Part shown: positions 30,753 to 40,824 of the stretch, piece by piece | Position numbering within the stretch: the first letter of the stretch is position 1 | Layout: every line of letters starts with the position of its first letter | DNA from: Candidatus Binatia bacterium | Lineage (GTDB): Bacteria > Desulfobacterota > Binatia > UBA9968 > JAJDTQ01 | Assembly (NCBI GenBank): GCA_963666515.2 | Contig: OY762897.2 | Span: 4,512,001-4,576,000, forward strand | Reading direction: 5' to 3' | DNA length: 64,000 nucleotides | The notes under the pieces: generated by a model | Seen by the model: the letters and a program-made list of their open reading frames with translations, nothing else | Told to the model about the DNA's origin: nothing | Databases searched by the model: none | Program-made: the position numbers and the translations under genes

Positions 30753-32525
30753 ATGGCGGAACTGATCGATCAAGTAGAATTCACCAGCCTTTTTTGTGCG
30801 CGGCCGCAGAACTTTGCTTGGTTCCTGGGCGCAGGAGCGTCGCGATCGGCAGGATTGCCCACAGCTACGGACATTATATGGGATCTGAAGCGTCGTCACT
30901 ATTGCCGGGAGGAAAATCAGGAGATCGCGCGACAGGACATCCAGAATGAGGCGGTTCAGGCACGTATCCAGAGCTTCATGGATGCACGGGGCTTTCCGGC
31001 TCAGTGGGCGGAGGACGAGTACGCGACGTATTTCGAAAAGATTTTCGGTGCCGACAAAGAGCGTCAGCGACGTTACCTGAAAGGTATCCTCTCCGAGGAG
31101 CGAGTTTCTCTTTCAGTCGGCAATAGGGTCCTCGGCGCGCTCATGTCATCAGGGCTAACCCGGGTTGTCTTTACAACCAACTTTGACAGCGTTGTCGAAA
31201 AGTCCGTCGCGGAAGTGGCTGGGATGTCGCTTTCGGCCTTTCATCTTGACGGCTCTTGTGCTGCCAGTCAAGCGTTGAACAACGAAGAATTTCCGGTCTA
31301 TTGCAAACTGCACGGCGATTTTCGATACGACAGTATCAAGAATCTGCCGGTTGATCTCGCCCAGCAGAGCGCCGAACTTGCGGCGTGCATGGTCAACGCG
31401 GGAGGGCGCTTCGGTTTTGTCGTCGCTGGCTATAGCGGACGCGACGCCAGTATCATGAAGCTGCTGCGCAGAGTACTGGACGGTGGCAACGCATTTCCAC
31501 ATGGCCTGTTCTGGACGGGCATCAAGGGTAGCGCGATTCCACATGCTGTTGACCAGCTTCTGCAAGAAGCCGGACAGAAGGGGGTCAACGCACGCTATGT
31601 CGAGATCGAGACATTCGATGCGCTGATGCTCCGTCTATGGCGAAACATCGACCAGAAGCTTCCCGACCTCAACTCGAAGGTGCAGAAAACAGGTTCGACT
31701 TCTGTGAATATCCCGTTGCCAGCAAGTGGTCGAGGCCAGCCACTCTTGCGCTTCAACGCGCTGCCAGTCCGCAGGCTTCCGGGGCGCTGCTTTTCCCTTT
31801 CGTTCAAGAGGCCAAAAGAATGGGCCGATCTGCGGGAAGCGCGCCGCGTGTCCAAGGGGAGGCTAATTCTAACGAAGGCGGACGCCGTCTGGTGCTGGGG
31901 GGAGAGGGAGAAGATCACCGCACAGTTCGGTGACGATCTTGTTTCGATATCGGAAACGGATGTTCCGTCAGATTTCATGACGCCGGGAAACCTGCACATA
32001 AAGGGCTTCTTGGAGGAAGCAATCTGCGCTGCGATTACACGAGAGCGGCCTTTGCTGTCCCGGGTCTCGCATTCTCGCGCATATCTCATTGCAGATTCGC
32101 GTGGTGAGGTTGCAGCACTCGGTCCGCTGTCTCGCGTTGTCGGGAAGACCTCCGGTATTGTCCGCGGATTGTTTTCGACCGTCACGGACGAGCATCCGCG
32201 GGTTGAACAGGTCCGCTGGTCGGAAGCCGCACGCATTTCGATCGACATGAGAAACGGAGCGGTTTGGCTATTGGTCGATCCGGATGTGTGGATCTGGCCA
32301 GCCAGATGTCGGCAGGACGCGACGGAGTTTCTGGACCAGCGTCGCCGCGATCGGTTCAACAGCAAATACAACGACCTGCTGACCGCGTGGGTGCAGATCA
32401 TTCTGAACACCGACAGACGCGGCGTTGACGTTGAACTCTCCGCGCCGCATGGCGCTGACGGTGCTGGGAAATCGGTCTTTCTTGTGGGCGGTCGGACGGC
32501 TTTTGCACGGAGGCTTGGTTCATGA
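30753..32525 (+). CDS. SIR2-APAZ NADase effector of a short-pAgo system (SPARSA-type)
   Basis: FLGAGAS..AGLPTA, FTTNFD, KLHGD and GYSGRD SIR2 motifs; about 280-aa C-terminal region with LRFNALP; 590 aa; 4-nt overlap with pAgo. Confidence 0.9.
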   Translation: MAELIDQVEFTSLFCARPQNFAWFLGAGASRSAGLPTATDIIWDLKRRHYCREENQEIARQDIQNEAVQARIQSFMDARGFPAQWAEDEYATYFEKIFGADKERQRRYLKGILSEERVSLSVGNRVLGALMSSGLTRVVFTTNFDSVVEKSVAEVAGMSLSAFHLDGSCAASQALNNEEFPVYCKLHGDFRYDSIKNLPVDLAQQSAELAACMVNAGGRFGFVVAGYSGRDASIMKLLRRVLDGGNAFPHGLFWTGIKGSAIPHAVDQLLQEAGQKGVNARYVEIETFDALMLRLWRNIDQKLPDLNSKVQKTGSTSVNIPLPASGRGQPLLRFNALPVRRLPGRCFSLSFKRPKEWADLREARRVSKGRLILTKADAVWCWGEREKITAQFGDDLVSISETDVPSDFMTPGNLHIKGFLEEAICAAITRERPLLSRVSHSRAYLIADSRGEVAALGPLSRVVGKTSGIVRGLFSTVTDEHPRVEQVRWSEAARISIDMRNGAVWLLVDPDVWIWPARCRQDATEFLDQRRRDRFNSKYNDLLTAWVQIILNTDRRGVDVELSAPHGADGAGKSVFLVGGRTAFARRLGS

Positions 32526-33934
32526 GCGGCGGCGCTGAAGAGTTGTCCGGCTATACCAAACTTGCAGAACCTCTCCTTCTGTTTGCCGAAAAAGGCAAAC
32601 ATAAGCACCCTTTGTTGGGGCTGTTAAAGCACGGTCCGTACGGGCTGCAGTTGGGCGCGCCAACCACGCTTCGATTCGCCCTAGTCGCACTCAAGCGCGA
32701 TATAGGGAGACTTCGCAGTCTTGTCGAAGAATTGGACCAGCCGGCGTCCCCCAAAGAGGCGAAGAACTACTACCCGGAGTACCCGGGCTTCACGCAGGCA
32801 TTCCGCACTCCGATTGCAACTCTGGATGAACGCGTTCAGATAACTTTGCCGGAAACCCTGGACGCCTATGCGCAGAGGGGTGAGAAACACGAGCTTGGCC
32901 GTGAGTTGTTCCAATGCGTCTCGCACTTGAAGGCCGTCCGGGGAAGTTTCGATCTTGCCCTCGTTTACTTGCCGCCCCACTGGTCCTCGTGCTTTGAGGG
33001 AGAGAACTTCAATTTACATGATTTCCTAAAGGCCTACTGCGCACCATCGAACATTCCCGTTCAGATCGTCAGGGAGAACAGCTTCGATCGCAAGTGTCGT
33101 GCAAACGTGATGTGGGGACTGAGCGTCGCCGCATATGCCAAGGCGGGTGGGGTGCCGTGGAAGCTGACTGGGCTAGGCCAGGACGAGGCCTTCATCGGCA
33201 TCAGCTACGCACTCAAGACCGACCACCGCGGCAACCTCTACAGCACCTGTTGCAGCCAGGTTTTCGACCCGGACGGAACCGGCTTCCGTTTCGTCGCCTA
33301 TGACGCCCGCGAGTTCACTCAGGACGCCCGGCGCAACCCCTATTTGTCCTATTACGAGATGCAGTCAGTCCTCTCGCGCAGCCTGGAAATCTATCAGAGT
33401 GGGCATTTTGGCCGAACGCCAACGAAAATCACGGTTCACAAGAACACGCCCTTCAAAGAGGAGGAGATTCTGGGAGCACTCGACAGTTTCCGAGACGGAA
33501 CTGAAGTGGAACTTGTACAGGTCGTTAAGGATACCTCTTGGAGAGCGATACGCTTCGATGTGCGAAAGCCGCCCCAGCCGTTCAACTATCCCGTTGAGCG
33601 TGGCACGTACATTCCCATAGGAGGGAATGAAGCCCTTCTATGGACGCAGGGCAGCGTCGTCGGAGTGCATGTCGATAATTCAAACTACAATGTCTACAAA
33701 GAAGGCCCGTTGAAGCCGACACCTTCCCCAATATTGCTCCGCCGTTTTACAGGCACTGGCGGCTGGCACGAAACCTGTGCAGCCATTGTTGGACTCACAA
33801 AAATGGACTGGAATAACAATACGCTTTATAAGAAGCTGCCAGCCACGCTGGTATACTCCAAGTATTTTGCTGACATTGTGCAACAGAACCCGGACATCGT
33901 CGATACAGTTTACGATTTCAGGAACTTTATGTAG
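32522..33934 (+). CDS. Short prokaryotic Argonaute (MID-PIWI, catalytically inactive)
   Basis: EPLLLF...[48 protein letters not shown] and LPATL motifs; 470 aa with no PAZ; PIWI Asp positions replaced. Confidence 0.92.
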   Translation: MSGGAEELSGYTKLAEPLLLFAEKGKHKHPLLGLLKHGPYGLQLGAPTTLRFALVALKRDIGRLRSLVEELDQPASPKEAKNYYPEYPGFTQAFRTPIATLDERVQITLPETLDAYAQRGEKHELGRELFQCVSHLKAVRGSFDLALVYLPPHWSSCFEGENFNLHDFLKAYCAPSNIPVQIVRENSFDRKCRANVMWGLSVAAYAKAGGVPWKLTGLGQDEAFIGISYALKTDHRGNLYSTCCSQVFDPDGTGFRFVAYDAREFTQDARRNPYLSYYEMQSVLSRSLEIYQSGHFGRTPTKITVHKNTPFKEEEILGALDSFRDGTEVELVQVVKDTSWRAIRFDVRKPPQPFNYPVERGTYIPIGGNEALLWTQGSVVGVHVDNSNYNVYKEGPLKPTPSPILLRRFTGTGGWHETCAAIVGLTKMDWNNNTLYKKLPATLVYSKYFADIVQQNPDIVDTVYDFRNFM

Positions 33935-33995
33935 ATCACCCAAGGGTTGATGGCGTGTCGTGGCCTGGGCCGACGAAGCGAGTAGTGGTGCCTGC

Positions 33996-34835
33996 TCAGG
34001 GCGCGTGAAACGCACGCTCTATCGACACGATAAAGTCGTCGACGTCGTTCTCGTCGACAACCTTGGTTGCAAAGGGCGCATGTTCGAGGATGGTCTTGGC
34101 GATTTCGTAGGCGCCCAAGAGTGAGCTGTCCTGGGGACGGCCCAGCAGAAAGTAGAGTTCGATTTCCTCGCTCGTACCCTCGGCGACGGCCGCCAGATGG
34201 CCGCGCCACAGACGTGCCTTGTCCTTGATGCCGTCGGCATCGGCCATGTCCAGCGACACCGGCTCGTAGGCATGCCACCGTCCATTTTGCCAAGCCTTCT
34301 CGAACTTGATCTGGTCTTGGGTACCCACCACGGCCTTGGGCTTGAACGGGACATTGACGCCGCGCTCCAGAAGCTTGTCTCGGACAGGTCGCCAGACGTC
34401 CTCGTCGGACCTGCGCTTGATTGGTGTCGAGTCGTATTGAGCGACGTAACGTTTATAGAGGCGGTCCAATGTCCAGGCAGGGTCAGTCGTCAGCCCGGTG
34501 CCTGTTGGCGACCATTGCAAGGCACTGTCGTCGTCGGGCAGTACCTTCAAGGCGTGAGCGCGGGCATCGGTATGGGCGTCGAACAAGGGCATTTTACCGG
34601 CCTGCTTTGCGACGGTAGAGAAGCCGTGGCGGACCGCCCGCATGGCTTGGGCGAAGGCCTTGCGGTCAAGATCGGGGAATGCCTGTTTCAGACGCCCCAT
34701 CGTTGTGCGTGTCCTAATCTCCAGGAAGCTGGCCGCGGGCGCGTGCATTACGACGCCGACATTGAGCGCCTCTCCGGAAACCACGTCATGGACGTAGCGG
34801 AGCACGGTATAGCTGTAGGCTTGTTTCTCGGTCAT
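33996..34835 (-). CDS. DUF3037 domain protein
   Basis: YSYTVLRYVHDVVSGEALNVGVV N-terminus; LDRLYKRYV. Confidence 0.8.
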   Translation of the reverse strand: MTEKQAYSYTVLRYVHDVVSGEALNVGVVMHAPAASFLEIRTRTTMGRLKQAFPDLDRKAFAQAMRAVRHGFSTVAKQAGKMPLFDAHTDARAHALKVLPDDDSALQWSPTGTGLTTDPAWTLDRLYKRYVAQYDSTPIKRRSDEDVWRPVRDKLLERGVNVPFKPKAVVGTQDQIKFEKAWQNGRWHAYEPVSLDMADADGIKDKARLWRGHLAAVAEGTSEEIELYFLLGRPQDSSLLGAYEIAKTILEHAPFATKVVDENDVDDFIVSIERAFHAP

Positions 34836-35626
34836 TGCAGTACCCGCCTTATCTCAGCGATGACGCTGTCCAAATTGTCTCTTGCATTCCGAACCCGGTC
34901 AAGCGCCTCTTCCACGGATGGATGGGCCGCGTCCCATTCTGGCGGTATGGTTTGGCGGTATTCCAGCAGGCGGTCGTCGGAAATCCTGGCCCACAGCGTA
35001 CGGAGGGGGCCGAAGTCGAGATCGCGCTTCTTGAGTTCGTGGCAGAAGATGTGGCCATCAGCCCGTCCAAGCCAGTCCAAGGCGCCAACCTGCCAGGGCG
35101 GTCGCCAATCGAGTAGTCCGGACGTTGAAGGGAACGCCAGCTCATGGTCAATAAGGCGAAAGCGATCCTGGGCCACGAGGCAGTTTGGGTTCGATGGCCT
35201 TCTATCAAGATTGTCGATGACGGCATCAAAGACCAATGCCCCCAACGCTGACGGCAGCATGGCATCGGTTATGCGTTTACCCGAGGTCCACACACTGAAC
35301 TGATTCCCGACCTTCACGGAGCCGAACCCGACGGGTGAGCTGGTCTTGAGCCGCTCCCTGATGTCAGGGTCCGTCACCACCGAGGCCAAAGCCGAGGGTA
35401 TTTCGACGAGGTAGGGTGTCGGCACAGGTAGATTCAGATCGGTCGCAAGGCAGCTCGCCACAACTTCTCGGGCCAAATTAGTCACTCCCTCGAAACAACC
35501 TGCGGAGAGTTTGCAAAACACCTCGATGGCTCCATCAGTATCTGCCTCGCAGAGCATCAGAACCGGTTTCGTGCGTCCCGATGTTGCTTGGCGTAGGATC
35601 TCGTCGGCGGTCACGCGACTGAGCAT
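34832..35626 (-). CDS. HipA-like Ser/Thr kinase
   Basis: GRTKP, VFCKL, LAREVVA...LNLPVP, FDAVIDNLDRR..NPNCL and LIDHELAF motifs. Confidence 0.85.
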   Translation of the reverse strand: MLSRVTADEILRQATSGRTKPVLMLCEADTDGAIEVFCKLSAGCFEGVTNLAREVVASCLATDLNLPVPTPYLVEIPSALASVVTDPDIRERLKTSSPVGFGSVKVGNQFSVWTSGKRITDAMLPSALGALVFDAVIDNLDRRPSNPNCLVAQDRFRLIDHELAFPSTSGLLDWRPPWQVGALDWLGRADGHIFCHELKKRDLDFGPLRTLWARISDDRLLEYRQTIPPEWDAAHPSVEEALDRVRNARDNLDSVIAEIRRVLQ

Positions 35627-36774
35627 CCGGTCTCCCTGCCGAACACTTCATACAGCATGGCCGGGATGAGTGTGTCCAATCTTGCGGCAGCCTCGTTGCG
35701 GGTCCTGCGCAACTTGCCCACTTTCGCTTGCAACTGATTGAACCAATGTTGTTTTCTGGTCGATGGCACTGGCACCGTTATCGTGGCGAGCTTCTTCAGG
35801 CCGAGGGTCCGGTTCCGTCCGGCGCCGCCGGGGGATGCCTCACGGAGGCATTGCAGACCTTCCCGACTGAGGAAGTAGTACAGCAGGAATTCGGCGTTTG
35901 GGGCGCCGGGTTTCGGGATGCAGGTCAGGAAGCGATGGGAACCAACCCTGCCTTCGTCTTGGTCCCGGGCGATCGCTACCGCGCCTTCCCATGCAAAGAC
36001 AATGTTGAACACGAGATCTCCCGGAGCGATCCGGTAGAGCTTTTTGCTGCCGACGGTCATTCCGTCCAACAGGGGTTTGTGAAAGGTGCCCCGCCCGAAT
36101 GACCGGACCCCGAGTTCCGCGTAACTCCCTCCCGGTTCAACACTGACGGGCCTCCTCACAAGCGGAGCGACTTCTGCCATCGGCAGATAGTCCGCACCCT
36201 TGACCACTCGCTGAAATGCGTTGTGAAGGAGCACGTCAACGTCTTGATCGGCAACCGCCAACGCCTTCCGTCGTTTTTCGATCAACCGCGCTACACGATC
36301 CAACCGCGCGACGATGCGTCGCTGTTCGTTAAGTGGCGGAAGGGGAGTCCTAATTGCCAGAAGGTTATCTTCCTTCAACCGAACGCGGTTGGTAGATCCC
36401 TCACTAGCTCGTCTGCACAGTTCCACGAAGCTGTTCGTCTTCGAGTACCACTCCAAGTACCGGGGATGAGCTTGAGAATGATCAACATCGAAAGCCGGAA
36501 AGTCACCACTCACAAGCGCCCCATCCAGATCGGGCGGTACAAGTCCAAAGGCTCCATGGCGTGCGTCGATACGGGACAACAAGAATTGACCCTTGCGTAC
36601 CTGCACCTGTCGGCGGGCGGCGATCTTGGAGCCGTATACCTCGCCTCTAAGCGTGAGACCCTTACCCCAAAGCCGTACCGTGATCTGCTTGTAGATTCGG
36701 TCCGGCTGGGGCTCCGTCCAGTTGTTGGATCGGGTTAGGAACCTCCCGAATGGAACCGAACGCCAAGCCATCAT
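35611..36774 (-). CDS. hsdS: Type I RM specificity subunit
   Basis: Two TRD-like halves linked by PLPPLNEQRRIVARLD; second PVPS..KQ conserved region. Confidence 0.88.
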   Translation of the reverse strand: MMAWRSVPFGRFLTRSNNWTEPQPDRIYKQITVRLWGKGLTLRGEVYGSKIAARRQVQVRKGQFLLSRIDARHGAFGLVPPDLDGALVSGDFPAFDVDHSQAHPRYLEWYSKTNSFVELCRRASEGSTNRVRLKEDNLLAIRTPLPPLNEQRRIVARLDRVARLIEKRRKALAVADQDVDVLLHNAFQRVVKGADYLPMAEVAPLVRRPVSVEPGGSYAELGVRSFGRGTFHKPLLDGMTVGSKKLYRIAPGDLVFNIVFAWEGAVAIARDQDEGRVGSHRFLTCIPKPGAPNAEFLLYYFLSREGLQCLREASPGGAGRNRTLGLKKLATITVPVPSTRKQHWFNQLQAKVGKLRRTRNEAAARLDTLIPAMLYEVFGRETGCSVA

Positions 36775-38336
36775 ACAGGCTCTGCCAACGTCGCCTTGAT
36801 CTCGTCCATGATCTCCAGGATGCGGCGTTCCTGTGAGATGATGGCCTCAACGATCTCGGTCGGCGGGCGGTGGTCTTCGATGTCTTCGGAATGCGGGTTT
36901 TTGAGGTCGAGATTACAGGCCGTTACGCGCCCGTCGTCGTCGCGTTGGACCAGCGCGGCTGCATCGACCTGCCACGCGCGCTCGTTCGTTTTCCGATCCT
37001 TCCACCAGGCGAGGCACGGTGCGAACTCCTCGAAAGTGAGCGGGGCCGTCTTCGAGTACTGCCGGCGGCCCTCCGGCCGGGGCTGCTCATAATACCAGAT
37101 CGATCGCGTTGGCCCGGACGTGTCGAAGAAGATCAGATTGGCCGGAATGTCGGTATAGGGCGCGAAGACGCCTTCTGGCAGGCGAATGATCGTGTGCAGG
37201 TTGAAACTCTCAAGGAGGTCGGCCTTGATCCGCGCGGCGATACCGTCGCCGAACAGGATTCCGTTGGGAACAACGACGGCGGCCCGACCCTGGCCGCCAC
37301 GCTTGAGCCGTCGCATGATGACCTGGAGGAACAGGAGCGCGGTTTCAGCGGTCCGTCGGTCGTCAGGAAAGTTGTTGAGGATCCCGGCCTCCTCCTCGCC
37401 ACCGAAAGGCGGGTTGGTGAGGATGACGTTGACCCGCCGGTCCTCGCCGATCTCGGTCAGGCGATGGCGGAGCGCGTTGCCGGGGTCGATTCGCGGCGCA
37501 TGGAGGCCGTGCAGAAGCAGGTTTAACTGGGCGAGCAGGTACGGCAAGGTCTTGGCCTCCTCTCCGAAGAGGCTGCGCTCCTGAACCGTCTCCCCGTCGG
37601 TTTCGGTCTTGGCTTGGCCCATCAGGTGGTCGAAGGATTCCGTCAGGAATCCCCCGGTGCCACAAGCCGGATCGAGCACGGTTTCCTGCAATCGGGGGTC
37701 CGTCACCTCTACCATGAGGCGGACCACCGGTCGCGGCGTATAGAACTCGCCAGCGTCGCCGGCGGCGTCGCGCATCTCCCGAAGCAGGGTTTCGTAGAGT
37801 CGCCCGATGGTGTGGACTTCCTCGGAGACATGGAACTGAATGCCGTCGACTAGGTTGACCACGTCACGCAGAAGGTAGCCGCTCTCCATACGGTTGGAAA
37901 AACCCTGGAAGACCGTGGCAACCACGTCGCGCCGCTCGCGTCCACTGCCATCGCCGCGCAGATTCCTCAGATAGGAAAACAGGCCCGGTCCTCTGGAGCC
38001 GTCAGGACGCTCGGCTTCCTCGTTTTCCAGGAACGCGAGAAGATCAGGACCCGTCAATCCGTCGGCTGGGGCGGCCCAGTCACGCCAGCGATAGGGCGGA
38101 CTTATGACAGCTCTGTATTCGGCTCCAGCAAGCTCCGCCTTCGTTTCTTCGAGATGCTCCATGTCGTCGAGGAACTTGAGGAACATGATCCAGGTGAGCA
38201 TGGGCAGGCGGTCCAGGTCGCCGTTCAGCCCCTTGTCCTTGCGCATGATCTTGCGCACGGATTTGATGATGCGATCAAGCCGCTGCGCCGTCGTCGGTTC
38301 CTGTGGCACCGACTTCGTACCAGTCCTTCTCGCCAT
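36771..38336 (-). CDS. hsdM: Type I RM N6-adenine methyltransferase
   Basis: MRKDKGLNGDLDR, GEFYTPR, LDPACGTGGFL and NPPFGG motifs; alternative start 38354 overlaps the hsdR stop. Confidence 0.93.
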   Translation of the reverse strand: MARRTGTKSVPQEPTTAQRLDRIIKSVRKIMRKDKGLNGDLDRLPMLTWIMFLKFLDDMEHLEETKAELAGAEYRAVISPPYRWRDWAAPADGLTGPDLLAFLENEEAERPDGSRGPGLFSYLRNLRGDGSGRERRDVVATVFQGFSNRMESGYLLRDVVNLVDGIQFHVSEEVHTIGRLYETLLREMRDAAGDAGEFYTPRPVVRLMVEVTDPRLQETVLDPACGTGGFLTESFDHLMGQAKTETDGETVQERSLFGEEAKTLPYLLAQLNLLLHGLHAPRIDPGNALRHRLTEIGEDRRVNVILTNPPFGGEEEAGILNNFPDDRRTAETALLFLQVIMRRLKRGGQGRAAVVVPNGILFGDGIAARIKADLLESFNLHTIIRLPEGVFAPYTDIPANLIFFDTSGPTRSIWYYEQPRPEGRRQYSKTAPLTFEEFAPCLAWWKDRKTNERAWQVDAAALVQRDDDGRVTACNLDLKNPHSEDIEDHRPPTEIVEAIISQERRILEIMDEIKATLAEPV

Positions 38337-38350
38337 AGCTCGCCCCAAGC

Positions 38351-40738
38351 TCATGCGGCGTAGAGCCGCTTCTGCATTTCGGCAACGGCTTCTCGGATGC
38401 TTTGGGCGCCGCCGAATTTCTCCGAGATCTCGATGACATTCCCCCATTCTGAAATCGGCGGAATCTCCAGAATGTCCGGCAACTTGAACTGAACGCTGCC
38501 GTGGTCGGCGTACTTGTCGAGCATCGCGTCGAGAATCCCGCGTGCGTCCGGCCCGTATTGCTCGAAGAATGCGGTTTCGTCCTGTTTCACACGGGCGACG
38601 CGTTCGCGCCGCGTCCTCAGCGGTGCATTGAACGCCAAGTGGCACAGCAGGTCGAAAGGGTCCGCTTCCGGCTTGCCGACAGCCTCCGCAAGGGTTTCCA
38701 TGTCGATCCCCTTCTCCAGGAGCCTGTCCACGATCTCTGCCCGGCGCTCGGCGTCTAGCCAGTCTTTACGAAACTCCGACGGATTAGGGAAAAGCGTTCG
38801 CACCTTGTCGGCCGTGTAGTCGGTCAGTTGGCGGCAGGCGAGCTTCCTGCCCTCCGAGTCGAGCTCGTAAACCAGGTGCTTCACGATCTCGACCTCTCCG
38901 CCGTCGACATAATATCTCCGAGGCAGGCCCTCGTCGTCATCGTCGAGTGTACCCGCAGGCAGAGCGTCGTCGACATCCGGAAATGAGCAATACAGATCAT
39001 CGGGCTCAGGCTCTCGAATCTGCGGCTCCTGGACGATCTTTCCGTCCTCGTCGATGATGTCTTCCTGTTCGTGCAGGGGGGCACCGTCAAAACCAGGGTC
39101 CGCAAATTTCTCGGTAGCGGTACCCGTGTAGTCTATGATGTTGAACGCGAGCTTGTCGTAGTCGGTTCGCAGACGTGTCCCGCGTCCGATAATCTGCTTG
39201 AACTCGGGCATGGAGCCGACCACCCGGACCAGCACGACGTTCTTGCATGTCGGGGCGTCGACGCCGGTGGTCAGCAGTTGCGACGTCGTCAGGACGACGG
39301 GGGAACGTGTCTCCACGTCCTGGAACTTGGCCCGGTGAGCGCTACCGATATCGCCCTCGTCCGCAGTCACCCGGCACACGTAGTCGGGGTATTCCTTGAC
39401 CAGATCGGTGTTGAGTTCGGCGAGAGCGCTACGCATTTCCAGCGCGTGCTCCTGGTTGACGCAGAAGATGATCGTCTTTGCGAAGCGGTCGGTCTGGCTC
39501 ATGAACCCGGCGAGGTGCTGTGCAATGGCCTTGGTTCGCGCCCTGATGGCCACCAAGCGCTCGAAGTCGGACGTGGAGTACTCAGTGTCGGGTATTTCGC
39601 GCCCGTAGCGGTCAACCTCGCCTTTGCTTGGGCGCCACCCCGTGGCGTCGTAGTCGGTGACGACACGATGCACACGGAAAGGAGCGAGGAAACCGTCGGA
39701 GATGCCTTGGGCAAGGCTGTATTCGTAGATCGGGTCGCCGAAGTAAGTGTAAGTGTCGATGTTGTCGTCGCGTCGCGGCGTGGCCGTCATTCCGATCTGC
39801 GTCGCGGAGTCAAACCACTCAAGTATTTCGCGCCAGTTGCTGTCGTCTCGGGCGCTGCCGCGGTGGCACTCGTCGACAATGATGAGGTCGAAGAAATCGT
39901 GTGGGTAGTCACGGTACAGGCCCGGCCGACTGTCGTCGCGCGCGATGCTCTGATAGGTCGAAAAGTACATATCGCGAGCCTTGGACGTGTTGCCCCTCGC
40001 GATCTTGTGACGGGCGTCTCCAAAGACGCTGAAATCCTTGGCCATCGGGTCGTCGACAAGGACGTTACGGTCGGCAAGGAACAGTATCTTCGGTTTGCGT
40101 TTGGCGCCCTTGGTGTTCCAGCGGGCGGACCAGAGCTTCCAGGCGATCTGGAACGCAATGGCGGTCTTGCCCGCTCCGGTGCACAGGGTCAGAAGGATGC
40201 GCCTGCGCCCGGAAACAACGTCCTGGACAGCCCGGTTGATGGCCGTTTCCTGGTAGTAGCGTAGCGGCCTCGCCGGGTCTGGATGCATCGGCATCAGCAG
40301 TTGCTGAACCACCGTGTCATCGATCAGGCCAGCGGCCTGCCGTTGCCGACGCCAGAGTTCTTCGGGTGACGGAAAGGTGTTGACGGACTTTTCGGCGCCG
40401 GTGATGTAGTCGATCTCGATGATTTCCCTGCCGTTGGTTGCATAGGCGAAGTTGAGTCCGAGTATCTCGGCGTAGTCTTTCGCCTGCTGCACTCCTTCGG
40501 CGGCGTGCTTGTACCGCGCCTTGGCCTCGACGACCGCGATGGGAAAATCGGGTTGGTAGCGCAGGATGTAGTCTGCGCGCTTCTGCCTTCCGCGTCGCGC
40601 CTTTCCGCCGGCGAAGACGATACGCCCGTCTGTGAAGGTCCGCTGCTCGTTGATCGCGTGAGGTGCATCGTCCCAGCCCGCTTTCTGGAGCATGGGGACG
40701 ACAAACTTGCGACAGGTGTCGGCTTCGGTTTCGGTCAT
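38351..40738 (-). CDS. hsdR: Type I RM restriction subunit (EcoAI/EcoEI-like)
   Basis: TEADTC, ADYIL...VVEAK, LRYYQ, TGAGKT, DECHRG, MTATP, LTTGVD and QIIGRGTR motifs. Confidence 0.94.
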   Translation of the reverse strand: MTETEADTCRKFVVPMLQKAGWDDAPHAINEQRTFTDGRIVFAGGKARRGRQKRADYILRYQPDFPIAVVEAKARYKHAAEGVQQAKDYAEILGLNFAYATNGREIIEIDYITGAEKSVNTFPSPEELWRRQRQAAGLIDDTVVQQLLMPMHPDPARPLRYYQETAINRAVQDVVSGRRRILLTLCTGAGKTAIAFQIAWKLWSARWNTKGAKRKPKILFLADRNVLVDDPMAKDFSVFGDARHKIARGNTSKARDMYFSTYQSIARDDSRPGLYRDYPHDFFDLIIVDECHRGSARDDSNWREILEWFDSATQIGMTATPRRDDNIDTYTYFGDPIYEYSLAQGISDGFLAPFRVHRVVTDYDATGWRPSKGEVDRYGREIPDTEYSTSDFERLVAIRARTKAIAQHLAGFMSQTDRFAKTIIFCVNQEHALEMRSALAELNTDLVKEYPDYVCRVTADEGDIGSAHRAKFQDVETRSPVVLTTSQLLTTGVDAPTCKNVVLVRVVGSMPEFKQIIGRGTRLRTDYDKLAFNIIDYTGTATEKFADPGFDGAPLHEQEDIIDEDGKIVQEPQIREPEPDDLYCSFPDVDDALPAGTLDDDDEGLPRRYYVDGGEVEIVKHLVYELDSEGRKLACRQLTDYTADKVRTLFPNPSEFRKDWLDAERRAEIVDRLLEKGIDMETLAEAVGKPEADPFDLLCHLAFNAPLRTRRERVARVKQDETAFFEQYGPDARGILDAMLDKYADHGSVQFKLPDILEIPPISEWGNVIEISEKFGGAQSIREAVAEMQKRLYAA

Positions 40739-40824
40739 CGGAGTATCCTTGTCACCGAAGCGGTCATACTTTTGGTCGCAGTCTCGTCTTACAAGCCCTG
40801 CCGCGTGGCGTAACGGCTTGGTGC

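Noticed and set aside
22724-40800. Prophage, ICE or transposon
   Set aside because: No integrase, transposase, phage structural or conjugation genes, and no att or terminal repeats found by eye.
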